DNA from: Macrostomum lignano
Taxonomy: Eukaryota
Direction of reading: 5' to 3'
Length of the DNA stretch: 64,000 nucleotides
Assembly (NCBI GenBank): GCA_002269645.1
Contig: NIVC01001489.1
Span: 124,001 to 188,000 of the forward strand
In this document: positions 10,948 through 23,283 of the stretch, one piece after another
Layout of the letters: every line of letters starts with the position of its first letter
Position numbering within the stretch: the stretch's first letter is position 1
The notes under the pieces: generated by a model
Database searches by the model: none
What the model saw: the letters and a program-made list of their open reading frames with translations, nothing else
What the model was told of the DNA's origin: nothing
Position numbers and translations under genes: made by a program

Positions 10948-13900
10948 ATGGCTAACAGCAGTAAGTTTTGCTCGGTACATTTTTTCAATGCTCTTTTTTG
11001 CGTTTCAAGCTTTGTAAGTTTGGTTGCACCACGATAACTCCAGGTATACTCACTCTTCTATGCCTCGCCTGCTTGGCTGCTTCGGCTTCCGCTTTTGGCA
11101 CAGAGCGCAGGTACGTTTGGACGTTTTCGGACATGACAAAGTACTGCGAGCCCTGGCTGTCAATGCGAGTCAAAATATGGAACAGCACAATGCTGCACAA
11201 TGTCACTGTCACACTGTCAACCAGGTAACTCTGCGATGCTTTTTCTCGTGCAGGAACTTTTAGTGCATGTTTAGATGGGGACAAAAAGTACATCGTACCA
11301 TCGTGTTGTCGTTTCACTAAGATCTTGAAGAGATGACAGCGTCACAGGGCCAAAAGCCCCTCAATGCTGGGTAACGCAGCTGTAAAAATTGTGTAATGAT
11401 ACGCCAATCACCTGTGGCTCTGTTTCAGCGCGATGATCAACAGGCGCGTGCTGATTCGAACCACCAGGGAAGACAACTTCACAGCAGGCCATAAAGCGCC
11501 CTGTCTGTACCACGAAACAGACGCCAGGACTGGAGACTCTGCGTTTGCCAGCACGATTGACAGACATCTGAAGTAAGCTCTGTTCAAGACATTGTGCTGA
11601 GTTTATTACATTTCAACAAGACTGTCAATACTTGAACTCCCGCGATAGGATGACATTCAAGCTGAACGGCAGCTGGTACCAAGTCGAGAAGACATCCGGC
11701 AACGCCTCTGACGGCCCCGCAATCGCCAGGAAGTTCGAAGCCCGCGAAGGCGAGGCAGCCAACCGGTGCCGCTACAAAGTTCCGCCGAGGAATTCAAGCG
11801 AGATGAACGCGCGAGGCGCCAGCTCCAGTCAGCTGCTGAGCGGCTTCGGCTCGGAAAAAAGCGGGATGAACGTTGAAAGCTTTCAGGGAGCCACCGTGGA
11901 CAAGATGTTGGAACTGGTTATCGTTGTTGATAGAAGCTTCGTAAGTCAGGCTTTGACATGCAGAAGATGGTGGACACTGCAAACTGAACGTTATAAAGTT
12001 TCTCCCTCATGTTCAGGTCAGCAAGGCTGGAAGCGAGGTGAGCGCGGTGGCTCGAGTTCTGCAGATCATCAACTTCGTTAACGGGGTGAGTTGCCGATTG
12101 ATACTAATCCTACTAATTCTACTAGATAGCCAAATCTTTTACTGCCAATTTCTTCTGATGCAGCTGTTCCAGCCTCTTCGGCTGAGGGTGGTTCTCACTG
12201 AAATTATTGTGTGGTCAACAGACGCCATCCTGGTCAGCTCAGACTCAGACGGCACCATAAAAAGGTTTACACGCTACAAAGCTTTGGATATTGGCGTTAG
12301 ATTTGACACTATTATGCTACTAAGGTTAGAAATCATTATTCAATACGTATTCAAAGACATCTTTTTCATGCTTAAAAACTCACCTCATCCAATCTGATGG
12401 AATCCTTCAGTGCCAAGGACTTTGACGGCGGCAAAACCTACGGTAAAGCCTGGCTAAGGGCTACCTGCAATAAGTTGTACTCGTGCGGATTGGTTTATGT
12501 GAGTACAGGCTCGTACCTGTTGCTTTCTTACTACCTGGTTGAGAGTTACAAACCAACACTGAAGACAAGTTTGCACGAACTTCTCCGGTGCAGGACAAGT
12601 ACCCGGAGGAGATCTCCACCGCTCTGGTTCTGACCCACGAGATCGGGCACAACCTCGGCTTCGAGCACATGCAGGACTTCACTGCATGCCAGTGCAATCG
12701 GTCGTCAACCGGCTGCATAATGAACTCTTATCTCGCGTCTGCGACTCGGTGAGTGTAGAAATTTAACAGTTTACGGAGATGTGAACTGCTATGAGCCGTT
12801 ATCGATTTTACAATCGATTTCCCACGCTCCACTGCAGCACGGAAGCTCTGGGCTGGTCATCCTGCACCTTGGACACCTGGAGCTCGCAAGCCAGCGAGAC
12901 CTGGCGGACCTGCCTGTCGGACGCACCGGATGCATCCTATACCATCAGCAACAGCGCCTCAGTGTGCGGCAACGGCATTCTGGAAGCTGGCGAGCAGTGC
13001 GACTGCGGCCCAGCACAGGTGAGGCCTCAGACACATACGGCAGACAACATAAACGAATACACACAGAAATACACGTAAAAATGCGCAGATTCAGATTCAG
13101 ACACAATACAAAGCTGGTATCATATCTCAGTCATCTAATTTAGCAGAGCATTAACTAAAGAGCTATAAATAGATATCATTAGTAAGATCAGCAAGTTCTC
13201 AGAAAGTTGTTTTTTGAAATTGTGCTTCTCGCTAAGACGATACCGCAACGTTCAAAAAGGCTCTGATAGAGTTGATTTTTAAATGCTAACTCAGTTTTAG
13301 TTTTAGCCTGTCCGCAACTAGCCTAAGACACTCTGCCTAACACTACTCTGTCATGTCTGTTTTCTTTTGTTGGGCATCAGAACAGATCGAGTGGGTAGAG
13401 ATTGAGAGACTGCAGAGTCATAGACCGAGAAGGCTACTCCCCGCTTCGAGAGACAATAGTAGTACCATGCAGATATGCCATGCCATGCTATCCAGACGTG
13501 CTCGTCGAAGTGCTGCGACGCGAAGACGTGCCAGCTCAAGGCCAATGCCACCTGCGCCTCGGGAGCCTGCTGCGACTGGGACACCTGCACGCTGAGGCCG
13601 AGGGGCCGCGTCTGCAGAGCCGCCGACGGGCCGTGCGACGTGCAGGAGACCTGCAGCGGGTCTGGCGAGTGGTGCCCGAGCGACGACAAAGTGGCCGACG
13701 GAGTGGACTGCGCTGCCGGTCAGGTGAGAGACGCTGCTGAAGAGATGTAATAGTAACAAAAGTATTATACTAACCTCTTCCGACCGCTCGCTGTTCTCCA
13801 GGCCTTCTGCTACAAAGGACAGTGCAGGTCCTCAACCGCCCAGTGCCAGCGGCTGTTCTCTTCCGCAGCCAGAAGCGCAGACAGCGAATGCTTCACCAGG

Positions 13901-16900
13901 CTGAACGTCGAAAGCGAGTACTACGGCCACTGCCACATGCGGCTTACAAACTTATCAATCTCGAATACAACTACGCCAACCTTTTCCTACCTGGCGTGCG
14001 CCTCACAGTGAGACAACAATTTCAGTTATAGAAATTTACGAAATCAGGACGAGTTCATTGATGTGAAGAAATATTTTTAAGTACGAGCGTATGTAGGTTT
14101 CAGTAAGAGCGTACTCTCTGTCAGTAAGAGCGTATATATCTTCAAATTAATGTTCGGGTACAGAAGATCTATGAGTACTAAAATAAAGTTCTTTGCTGCG
14201 CAGGAACGAAAAAAACGCAGGGACACGAAATTCACGAGCTCATGCTTCGTTGCGCACCTTTTCAAACAAAGATCAAGTCGCCAGAAGGTCGGATTTTCCC
14301 ATAAGGGCCAGTTTATTCAGTACACCTCTGTCCCTGTGCGTCAGCGCAGCCTTGCCGAGCCTCAGCTTTCATCAGCACGTTGACCACATGTTTGGGCATC
14401 AGCTCTGACTTCGTTGGTCGCTGACCTTCCCAGGCAGAGCTTCTGGACCTTCAACAGATGGTACCAGGTGATTATAACAGATACCCTGTTGCGAAATAAC
14501 TCAACCAATATATTATTTCTAGTGTACATCTATTTCAGTGTACATCTGACTAACAAATATATAGTCATCGACACTTGCCAATTTCGTGGCACTAAGCTTT
14601 TCGTAGCCTACCATCCAATAGCTTGACTTGCTATCATAACATGGCGTCGCAAGACTAAACTTCACACTTCAATTATGGATGGATTGAGGCCGCCTGAGCA
14701 TATGGTTTTTTACACCAGTAGGGCAGACAACTGAAGAAGGTGGAGCACTGCATTTGATTTTTACATGAAAGCTACTAAGAGGACCAGCGAAAATGACGAA
14801 GTTAAAATTGCTACGCTCCTGACAGCCCTAGGACCAGATGGGCAAGATGTCTACGCCACGTTTCCTACTGCGGAAGTGAAAAAGTACGAGGATTTGAGCA
14901 AGACGTTTGATGACTACTGCCAGCCTCTCTCCAACAAGACATTTGAACGCTATCAGCTGCGCACCAGAATGCAAGGAGAAGCGGAGGATTTCGACCAGCT
15001 CATGGGTTCTCTATGCCAGCTCGTGAAGCCCTGCAACTACAGCAAACCAGACAACGACGAGACCAACGAAAACAGCATCCTCCGAGATCAGGTCGTCATC
15101 GGCGTTAGCGACTCAGCTCTGCGAGAAAGATTTCTACGGGAATCAAAGTTGACTCTGGACCGTCCAATTCAGATAGGACGAGCATTGGATACATCCAAGC
15201 GACAGGCGCAGGCCCCGGACTCGATACAGACTAGTCAAGCAGCACCTGCGCCAGTACCTGTGACCGTTGACGCCTTGCAACGCCGGGCCAAGGCACCAGC
15301 ACGCCCAGCCAAGATGGCTCGCAGCTGCGGCTTCTGTGGGCAGCAGCATGAGTGGCGCAAGTGCCCGGCATTCGGCAAAACCTGCAACGCCTGCGGTCGT
15401 GCAAACCACTTTTCGTCCGTGTGCCGGTCCACCAAAAAGGTTAATGAGCTGGTCGAGGATGACGAGAGCAATGCTTCTGACCAAGGCTCAGCAGTAGCCG
15501 TCATGACCGTAGAGAAGCCCGGAACTCGGCGAGCCAAGATGCAATCCGATAACTTGGCGATGATGGGGAGCTTGACAGTCATGGACTCCGGCAAGAAGCT
15601 GCAGTTCAAAGTGGACACTGGAGCAGACGTCAACGTAATACCTCTGAGACAGCTGATTCAATTTGCCCCTGCAGCCAGCATTGAGCCAACATTCTGGACG
15701 CTTACCACTTGCAACAAACAGCTCCTGGATGTAGTCGGTGTCACATACCTGACGGTGTCATCACCCTGCAAGAAGGATATCAGGCTGCAGTTTGTGGTCA
15801 TCGGCGAGAACTCCTCACCCATCATTGGCTGGAAGTCAGCCATCGAGGAGTTGCAGCTCATCAAGAAGCTGTTTTCCGTGCAGCTAAGTCAGAGCTCCTT
15901 CAGCAAGGTGAAGAAGCGGCGTCCTTCAGAGCTCACGGCTGCCTAGCTGAGGGCTAGCTACTCCGAGGTGTTCAACGGGGTTGGCTGTATGAAGCAACCG
16001 TATACTATTCAGCTTGCCGAGAACGCAGTGCCAAAAGTACAGCCACCTCGTAAGCTTCCATTTGCCGCATATCAGCCTCTGAAGTGTGAGTTGGAGCGGC
16101 TGGAGAAGGTGGGAATCAACGTCCAGGTCGATGAGCCAACGCAGTGAGTCTCAAACGTTGCCATCGTATGGAAGAAAGACGCATCAATGCGGTTGTGCCT
16201 TGATCCGAACTACCTCAACAAGTTTATCGTCCGATTCCGACTGCAGAAGAAGTCCGGGCAGCCACCGCCGGAGCAGTGTTGTACAGCTCCTTCGACGCCA
16301 ATGAGAGCTTCCACCAACTCAAGCTGGATGATAAGAGCTCCTTCATGACCACCTTTCACACACCATTTGGCCGGTACCGCTGGAAGCGCGTTCCCTACGG
16401 TCCCTCGTCGATCCCAGAGGTCTTCCAAAAGCGAATGGAAGAGAATGTCACAAATCATGTGAAAAACTCCAAGAACTTCTTCGACGACATCATCATATGG
16501 GGCCGAAAACCTGAGGAGCACGACAAAGCTGTGCGAGAGCTGATGGAACAGTGCCAAACAGCTAACGGGACCTTGAACTTCTCGAAGATGAAAGTTGGTG
16601 TCCAAGAGCTCAACTACCTCGGTGATGTGCTCAGCTCGGATGGACTGTCAAGGCCATCAAAGAAATGGCCAGGCCGGATGATATAGCAGGCATAACCACG
16701 AAGAAAGAGCGGCTGCGGCGATTTCTCGGCTTTGTCACTTTTTGGCCAAGTTCTGCCCTCATCTGTCGGCTACTCACTGCGGCATTTGCTGAAGAAGGAT
16801 GTCATCTGGAGCTGGACGCATCAGCAAGATGAGACCTATGACACCATCATCACAGAGCTTTGTTCAAGCCGAGTCCTGGCCACGTTTGACGCTACAAAGC

Positions 16901-19900
16901 CGGTCACCGTATCTGTGGACGCCAGCGAGAGCGGCATCGGCGCTGTTCTTCTCCTAGAAGACCGCCCTGTAGAATTTGCATATTCGGCTATGACAAGCGC
17001 TCAGCAAGCCTACGCGCAGATTGAAAAAGAGCTGCTGGAAATTGTGTACGGCTGCAAGAAGTTTCACCGCAACATCTGGGGCTGCACTGTCTATGTTCAG
17101 AGCGATCACAAGCCACTGGAAGCAATTTTCAAGAAGCAACTTTGTGACACCACTCCACGGATCCAACGTCTGCTGCTGCAGCAGCAGCCCTACGACATAC
17201 GCGTCAAGTACACGCCTGGAAAGGAGCTGCACGTTGCCGATCGCTGAGCCGAGCTCACTGCCAGACGGACAGCTTGACGCATCTTCTACGAGGTAGAAAA
17301 AGCGCCGGAAGGACAAGTGCTAGCGGTGGAGCGGTGCTTCAGCGGGGACCGCGAGATTCTAGATATGATCAAGACTGCCACGGCCTCAGATCAGACGATT
17401 CAGCGCCTGTGTGATGTCATCGCAGCCGGTTGGCCAGAACATCGGTCGAGACTGACGGACGACCTGAAGGTCTTCTGGGATCTCCGGTACGATCTGACGT
17501 TCGTTTCGGGGCTTCTGTGCCTGAAAAACCTCATCTACATGCTCGAGGGCAGCAGCAGGAAATCTATCCTCAACATCCTGCACGCGGGGCACCCTGGCAT
17601 TGTGAAGATTGACCTGAAGGCTAAGGATTACTTCTACTGGCCTGGCATGCGCAACTGCATCGAGCGAACAGTCAGTCAGTGCGAGGCCTGCCAATCGAAC
17701 ATGAAGGCGCAATCAAAGGAGGCTCGGATGTCCATGGAGATGCCCGACTTCCCCTTTCAAATCTGCTCGACTCATACCTGGTGTACGCTGATGCATAAAG
17801 CCGCTGGCTAAGCGTCACTCGACTGCGGTCAACAACCAGCTTGGCCGTGGTGGAAGTACTGCAGGACCACTTCCAGAACTTTGGTGTGCCTGAGAAGCTC
17901 ATCAGCGATGGTGGCCCACAGCTCTCGGCTCGAGAGTTTTACCAACTGATGAAGACATTAAAGATCGAGCACAGGACGTCAAGCACAACGTATCCACAGT
18001 CAAACGGCAGAGCAGAGCGGTACGTGCAAACTGCAAAGAATCTGATGAAGAAGTGCAAGGAGACAGGCCAAAGCCTGTCTAAGCAGCCGGCGCCTAAGCA
18101 GCCAGCGCCTGAGCAGCGGCGCCGTTGAAGATGTCGACGGCGTCGGGGTAATAACGGAATGCTTGCGAGACTAGCTGAGGATGTCCAGCAGTTGAGGTTT
18201 GCCCACTGTCGATCCTTGATCAGCGAAACTAGAGACATTTGCAATCAGGTGTACATACGATAGTCAACTGATACCACCCGTTGAATGTCCAGAAGCTCCA
18301 CCTGGATTAAGGCCAGTGACCAAAGAAGTTAGAACTGATGCAGACACATGTGGTCGACGAGGCGCAGTGTTGATTGACACACAGGGGGCAAGGAGTACTC
18401 TTATAGGAAAAATCCAACCTTCTGGCAGAATTGTTGACTATCTCGACTGTTCGAAGGCTGGCGACTTGATCTTTGTTTGAGAAGGTGCGTAACAAAAATT
18501 TAGTCCGCATTCTTGAATTTCGTGTGCGTGCGTTGCTCCGCTCCGGCGCAGCAAACAACATCGTTAGGGCGTGGACGAAAATTCCCCCCAAACTGGTAGC
18601 TCCATGAGGAAAAAAGGTATTCCTACTGTTATACAGGGACGCAGAGTGCGGCCTGCAGCAGTGCTACCAGGACACGCGTCCGAGCTCGGCTACCAGAGTG
18701 ACAATCGGAAGCACCACGTGCTACACGCTTCCCAATATTGATTTATCCTCGTCGGGACTTCGCAGTCCGTCGCTGGTTCCCGACGGTGCCAAGTGCGGCA
18801 CCAACTCCGTAAGATGGATTGCGGGATTCATTCAAAATTTATTTTGAAATTTTTTTTGGCTGAAACCAGTCAAGTCAACCAAAACCAACCTGTAGATGTG
18901 CGTCAACTCCACCTGCACGCCGTTAAGCACCGTGCGCGCCTGCACGTCCTGTCCTGACTGCGGTGCCAATGGGACGCTCACTACAGGCAGCGTCTGCTTC
19001 TGCAATCCGGGCTTCGCTCCGCCAAACTGCTCCACTGTAGGCTGCGGCGGCTCCGTGACGTCACCGCTGACATGTTCCGGTGAGTATGCCGATGCAGCTC
19101 CAAACACAATACCTTTGAAGAGCAAACAGATGCATTTTGATTTCCTCATTTGATTTATAGGACCTGTGGGCACGACAGCGACACAGCCTCGTGCATGGAC
19201 AACTGCCGCCACTGGCTCAACAACCACCACTGACACAACTAGCACCACTGACACAACTAGCACCACTGACACAACTACCACCACTGACACAACTACCACC
19301 ACTGACACAACTGCAACCACTGACACAACTACCACTACTGACTCAACCACCACAACTGACTCAACTGCCACCACTGACACAAATACCATCACTGGCTTAA
19401 CTACCACCACTGACACAACTACCACCACTGACACAACTACCACCACTGACACAACTACCACCACTGACACAACTGCCACCAATGACACAACTACCACCAC
19501 TGACACAACTACCACCACTGGCCCAACTACCACCACTGACACAACTACCACCACTGGCCCAACTACCACCACTGACACAACTACCACCACTGGCCCAACT
19601 ACCATCACTGGCTTAACTACCACCACTGACACAACTACCACAACTGACACAACAACAACCACTGACACAACTACCACCACTGACACAACTACCACTACTG
19701 ACTCAACCACCACAACTGACTCAACTGCCACCACTGACACAAATACCACCACTGACACAACTACCACCACTGACACAACTAGCACCACTGACACAACTAC
19801 CACCACTGACACAGCTGCCACCACTGACACAACTACCACCACTGACACAACTGCCACCACTGGCTCAACTACCACAACTAGTTCAACTGCCACCACTGAC

Positions 19901-22900
19901 GCAACCATCACGACTGACACAACTACCACCACTGGCCCAACTACCACCACTGACACAAATACCACTGGCCCAACTACCATCACTGACTCAACCACCACAA
20001 CTGACTCAACTGCCACCACTGACACAAATACCACCACTGACACAACTACCACCACTGACACAACTACCACCACTGACACAACTAGCACCACTGACACAAC
20101 TACCACCACTGACGGAACTGCCACCACTGACACAACTACCACCACTGACACAACTGCCACCACTGGCTCAACTACCACAACTGGTTCAACTGCCACCACT
20201 GACGCAACCATCACGACTGACACAACTACCACCACTGGCCCAACTACCACCACTGGCTCAACTACCACAACTGGTTCAACTGCCACCACTGACACAACTA
20301 GCACCACTGACACAACTACCACCACTGACGCAACTGCCACCACTGGCTCAACTACCACAACTGGTTCAACTGCTACCACTGACGCAACCATCACGACTGA
20401 CACAACTACCACCACTGGCCCAACTACCACCACTGGCTCAACTACCACCACTGGCTCAACTGCCACCACTGACACAACTACCACCACTGACGCAACTGCC
20501 ACCACTGGCTCAACTACCACAACTGGTTCAACTGCCACCACTGACGCAACCATCACGACTGACACAACTACCACCACTGGCCCAACTACCACCACTGGCT
20601 CAACTACCACCACTGACACAACTACCACCACTGACACAACTACCACCACTGGCTCAACTACCACCACTGGCTCAACTACCACCACTGACACAACTACCAC
20701 CACTGGCTCAACTACCACCACTGGCTCAACTACCACCACTGGCTCAACTACCACCACTGGCTCAACTACCACCACTGGCTCAACTACCACCACTGGCAGA
20801 ACTAACACCAGTGGTACAAGTATGTATTCAATATTATTCAAATATAGTATGTCCGTATTAAATTTGCATGCATGTAGTTGTTTAAAATCAGATATTTACA
20901 AATAAATATTTTATTGTGAGAAAAAGAGCTTGCTAGTGTCCAGATCGCACTAGCCGATATACACTGGCTTGTCCAGCACAACATTTGTCTTAAGAATGTG
21001 CACTAGAACTATATGTGGATCCTCATTGAAAATCAGCTGCTCGCGGAACGTCGGCTTGGCCACAGGCTTTCCTGCTGAAGTAACCAGCCGGTAGTTTTAG
21101 CTGCTTGTTGTAGTCTTTCTTGAACTTATTGTTGGCCTTTTGCACGACGCTCCATGCCGTGGATAATAACTTGCGGTCGAGTGGTCAAGATTACCCAGCC
21201 ACTGTCATTGCGTAGGTACTTCTCTATCCGGCTGAGGATAGTCTGCATGTCGTCAGAGAAGTCCTCCTCACTCCGGATAAGAGAGTGGAGTGGACCAAAC
21301 CAGGTGGTGGTTCCTGGCGGTTCCTGGCGGTTCATGGCTCACGTTGATTCTGGGCGATTCAGTCAATGAAAGCTTGACGAGTGTTTTCCAACACATTCCT
21401 CGGGTCTCCACATGCACTGGCCCGGTAAAGTCGGGACCTGCCATTAAACGCCTCCTTGATCAGTTGGAAATGAATCGTTGGGGAGTCATCTGACTCAAAT
21501 AGTGCTGGTATCGCAGGGCATACCGCATAGTGCTCCTCAATGCCCCCGATTACTGATGACTCACAGAAGTCCCAAGTTATTTCGTATTTGCATTTTTGTT
21601 GTATGTTAAATTTATTGTATTAAATTTTATCTAAAATAAAAAATCTATGCGGCCCTATGAGTCCCGGGTGCTTTGTTTATAAAAGGGATATTGGAACCCT
21701 AACCCTGGGCCTACACAACCCCACCTCTGACCTCGCCGACCCTACCCCTGGGCCTGCCCGACCCCACCTCTGACCTCGCCGACCCCACTCCTGGGCCTAC
21801 CCAACCCCACCTCTGACCTCGCCGACCCCACTCCTGGGCCTACCCAACCCCACCTCTGACCTCGCCGACCCCACTCCTGGGCCTGCCCCACCCTTGACCT
21901 ACACCACTTCCGGCCTACCCCGCCCCGCCTCCGGGGCTTTCTTATCGCTGATTGGCTCCCCCCAGCCAATTAGCGACGTGGACCAGACTGTACCATTTTC
22001 CTACTACTCATCTCGACCTTGAAGAGTTTTATTCCTTTGAATCTGTTTCGGTCATAGCAAGGTTAGAATTATTCACTCTCTGTGCCTGTGGGGGTTGGGT
22101 TGGTCCTGATGGGTGCGAATCGCATGACAACCGGCCCTGGCCAATTTTCTTGGCACACAAACCCCAAATGACTACAGCAGCAGATGGAAGCGAATCAATG
22201 GTTCGCGACGCGAGAGTCAGGTGCATTCATTGCTCAGCTCAAATATTGTCTAAGAGGTGAAATAACCCGCTGCTTTTACTCACGCAGACTCGAGCAGAAC
22301 CACAATCAGCCAGCCGACTACCTCGACGCTGCTGACGACCACGCCTTCAAACCAGAACGGCACAGTTGTGAACCCTGACACAATCTTCGGTCTGCAGATG
22401 TGGCAAATCATTGCCATCCTGGTTGGCGGCGCGGGCGTCTTCATCCTCCTAGTGATCATTTCCGTCAATGCGCGCTGCTCCATCCGCAACCAGCGCCTCC
22501 GTCGGGCTAAAAGAGCCGCCAGGCCGGCGCCGCCATCGCAGCATCCGCCACCCTCGAGGCAGCAGTCGCAGCATCCGCCACCCTCGAGGCAGCAGTCGCG
22601 ACAACAACCATCGCTGCCACAGCCGCCTCCCAGGCCAGATTATCTCCGGGCTTCGCCGCATCAAGCGTACAACCCTGCGTTTGTGCTTGACGATTTCACT
22701 GCAGTGAGCATGCGGATATTGTCACATTTCGTTTGTTAGTTAGAGGGGCAGAGAGACAGAGGCGTGTACAGCGCCCCTGACTGTCTCATGGTCAGGCATG
22801 CACACCCTTTGCCTTGGGGAGGACCACGCAAAATTTTCATCTTTACCAAATTAAATACTTGAGTTAGTTACTGGGACGCTACCTACGGCAGTTGCTGCAG

Positions 22901-23283
22901 TATAAACAAAATTGCATTGAAGGAAACTGGTAAAACTTCAGAGCCACAATCCCAGCCAAGCATTTTTAAACAATCAATCCACGGCTACTACAAACAGAGG
23001 CTATGCAAGCCACGAGGAGCTGAAAGCAAGCTTCCTGCAGATCGCATAAGTAGAGAGGCGATGGCAACACAGGTACACTGAAGCTATAGCTGATTCATAA
23101 TTCACGAAGCACTTTATTCCCAATTTCCAGCCTCCGCCACCGTACCAGCCAGCGCGGCCTCAGCCATCAGCTCGGCCTCCGCCGCCCTCGTTCAGAACGG
23201 CCGCCCCGTCTGTGTACACCTTGCCCTCGCCTCAGGCCTGGCCGGAGCGAGAATATACCATGAATATGCCAAGATATTTCTGA
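10948..23283 (+). CDS. ADAM-type metalloprotease, copy B: signal peptide, pro, catalytic, disintegrin, Cys-rich, EGF, ~550-aa Thr mucin stalk, TM, Pro-rich tail
   Basis: Exons 10948-10960, 11044-11224, 11429-11572, 11649-11940 (LELVIVVD), 12017-12085, 12164-12324, 12411-12498, 12594-12748 (HEIGHNLGFEH at 12636-12668), 12838-13018, 13496-13723, 13802-14007, 18637-18808, 18896-19079, 19161-20819, 22288-22703, 23131-23283. All phases are compatible. The splice from the mucin exon to the TM exon (A|GTATGT donor at 20820) is inferred. Confidence 0.82.
14190..14500 (+). mobile_element. Left arm of a foldback-like element in intron 11 of copy B
   Basis: TTTGCTGCGCxGGAACG...CCTTCAACAG sequence is inverted relative to ~18125-18590. 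The same family occurs at ~31630-32565, 39049-41049, ~43980-45090 and ~49700-49970. Confidence 0.6.
14502..18085 (+). mobile_element. Degenerate Ty3/Gypsy LTR retrotransposon (Mag-like gag with two Zn knuckles), 3'-truncated
   Basis: LTR-end-like ...TAACA then PBS-like TGGCG at 14642. gag from ATG 14675 has a premature TGA at 14732. Motifs: CGFCGQQHEWRKC/CNACGRANHFSSVC; protease VDTGAD; RT FFDDIIIWG; RNase H VDASESGIGAVL...EKEL...SDHKPL; integrase HAGHPG...YWPGM...CEAC, ISDGGPQ, PQSNGRAER. Several frameshifts and stops; no 3' LTR. Confidence 0.9.
18125..18590 (-). mobile_element. Right arm of the foldback-like element in intron 11 of copy B
   Basis: Reverse complement of the family seen at 14190-14500; contains one 151-bp subrepeat unit. 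Confidence 0.6.
19161..20819 (+). repeat. Coding 18-bp tandem repeat (Thr5-Asp/Gly) forming the mucin-like stalk exon of copy B
   Basis: An open frame of ~550 codons built of ACA ACT ACC ACC ACT GAC/GGC units, starting GPVGTTATQPRAWTT after a phase-1 acceptor. Confidence 0.88.
20925..21330 (-). mobile_element. Polinton/Maverick-type protein-primed DNA polymerase B remnant
   Basis: The minus strand reads RLVTSAGKPVAKPTFREQLIFNEDPHIVLVHILKTNVVLDKPVYIG*CDLDTSKL, resembling the L(N/D)KP(I/V)Y(I/V)G...LDLSK segment of pPolB. Nearby is RIEKYLRNDSGWVI, resembling the N-terminal GSGW motif. Internally deleted, with stops. Confidence 0.6.
21716..21890. repeat. 43-bp C-rich minisatellite (~4 copies)
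   Basis: CCACCTCTGACCTCGCCGAC recurs at 21721, 21764, 21807 and 21850. Confidence 0.85.

Noticed and set aside
13496-13723. RGD-type integrin-binding disintegrin
   Set aside because: The loop reads CRAA(D/N)GPCDV(P/Q)E in all copies, with no RGD/KGD.
14765-18128. Active retrotransposon or domesticated gag/integrase gene
   Set aside because: There is a stop in gag, several frameshifts and stops in pol, a broken integrase core and no paired LTRs.
18832-20841. 669-aa Val-rich minus-strand ORF
   Set aside because: Antisense shadow of the Thr-repeat exon; ACN codons read as Val/Gly/Ser and seldom give stops.
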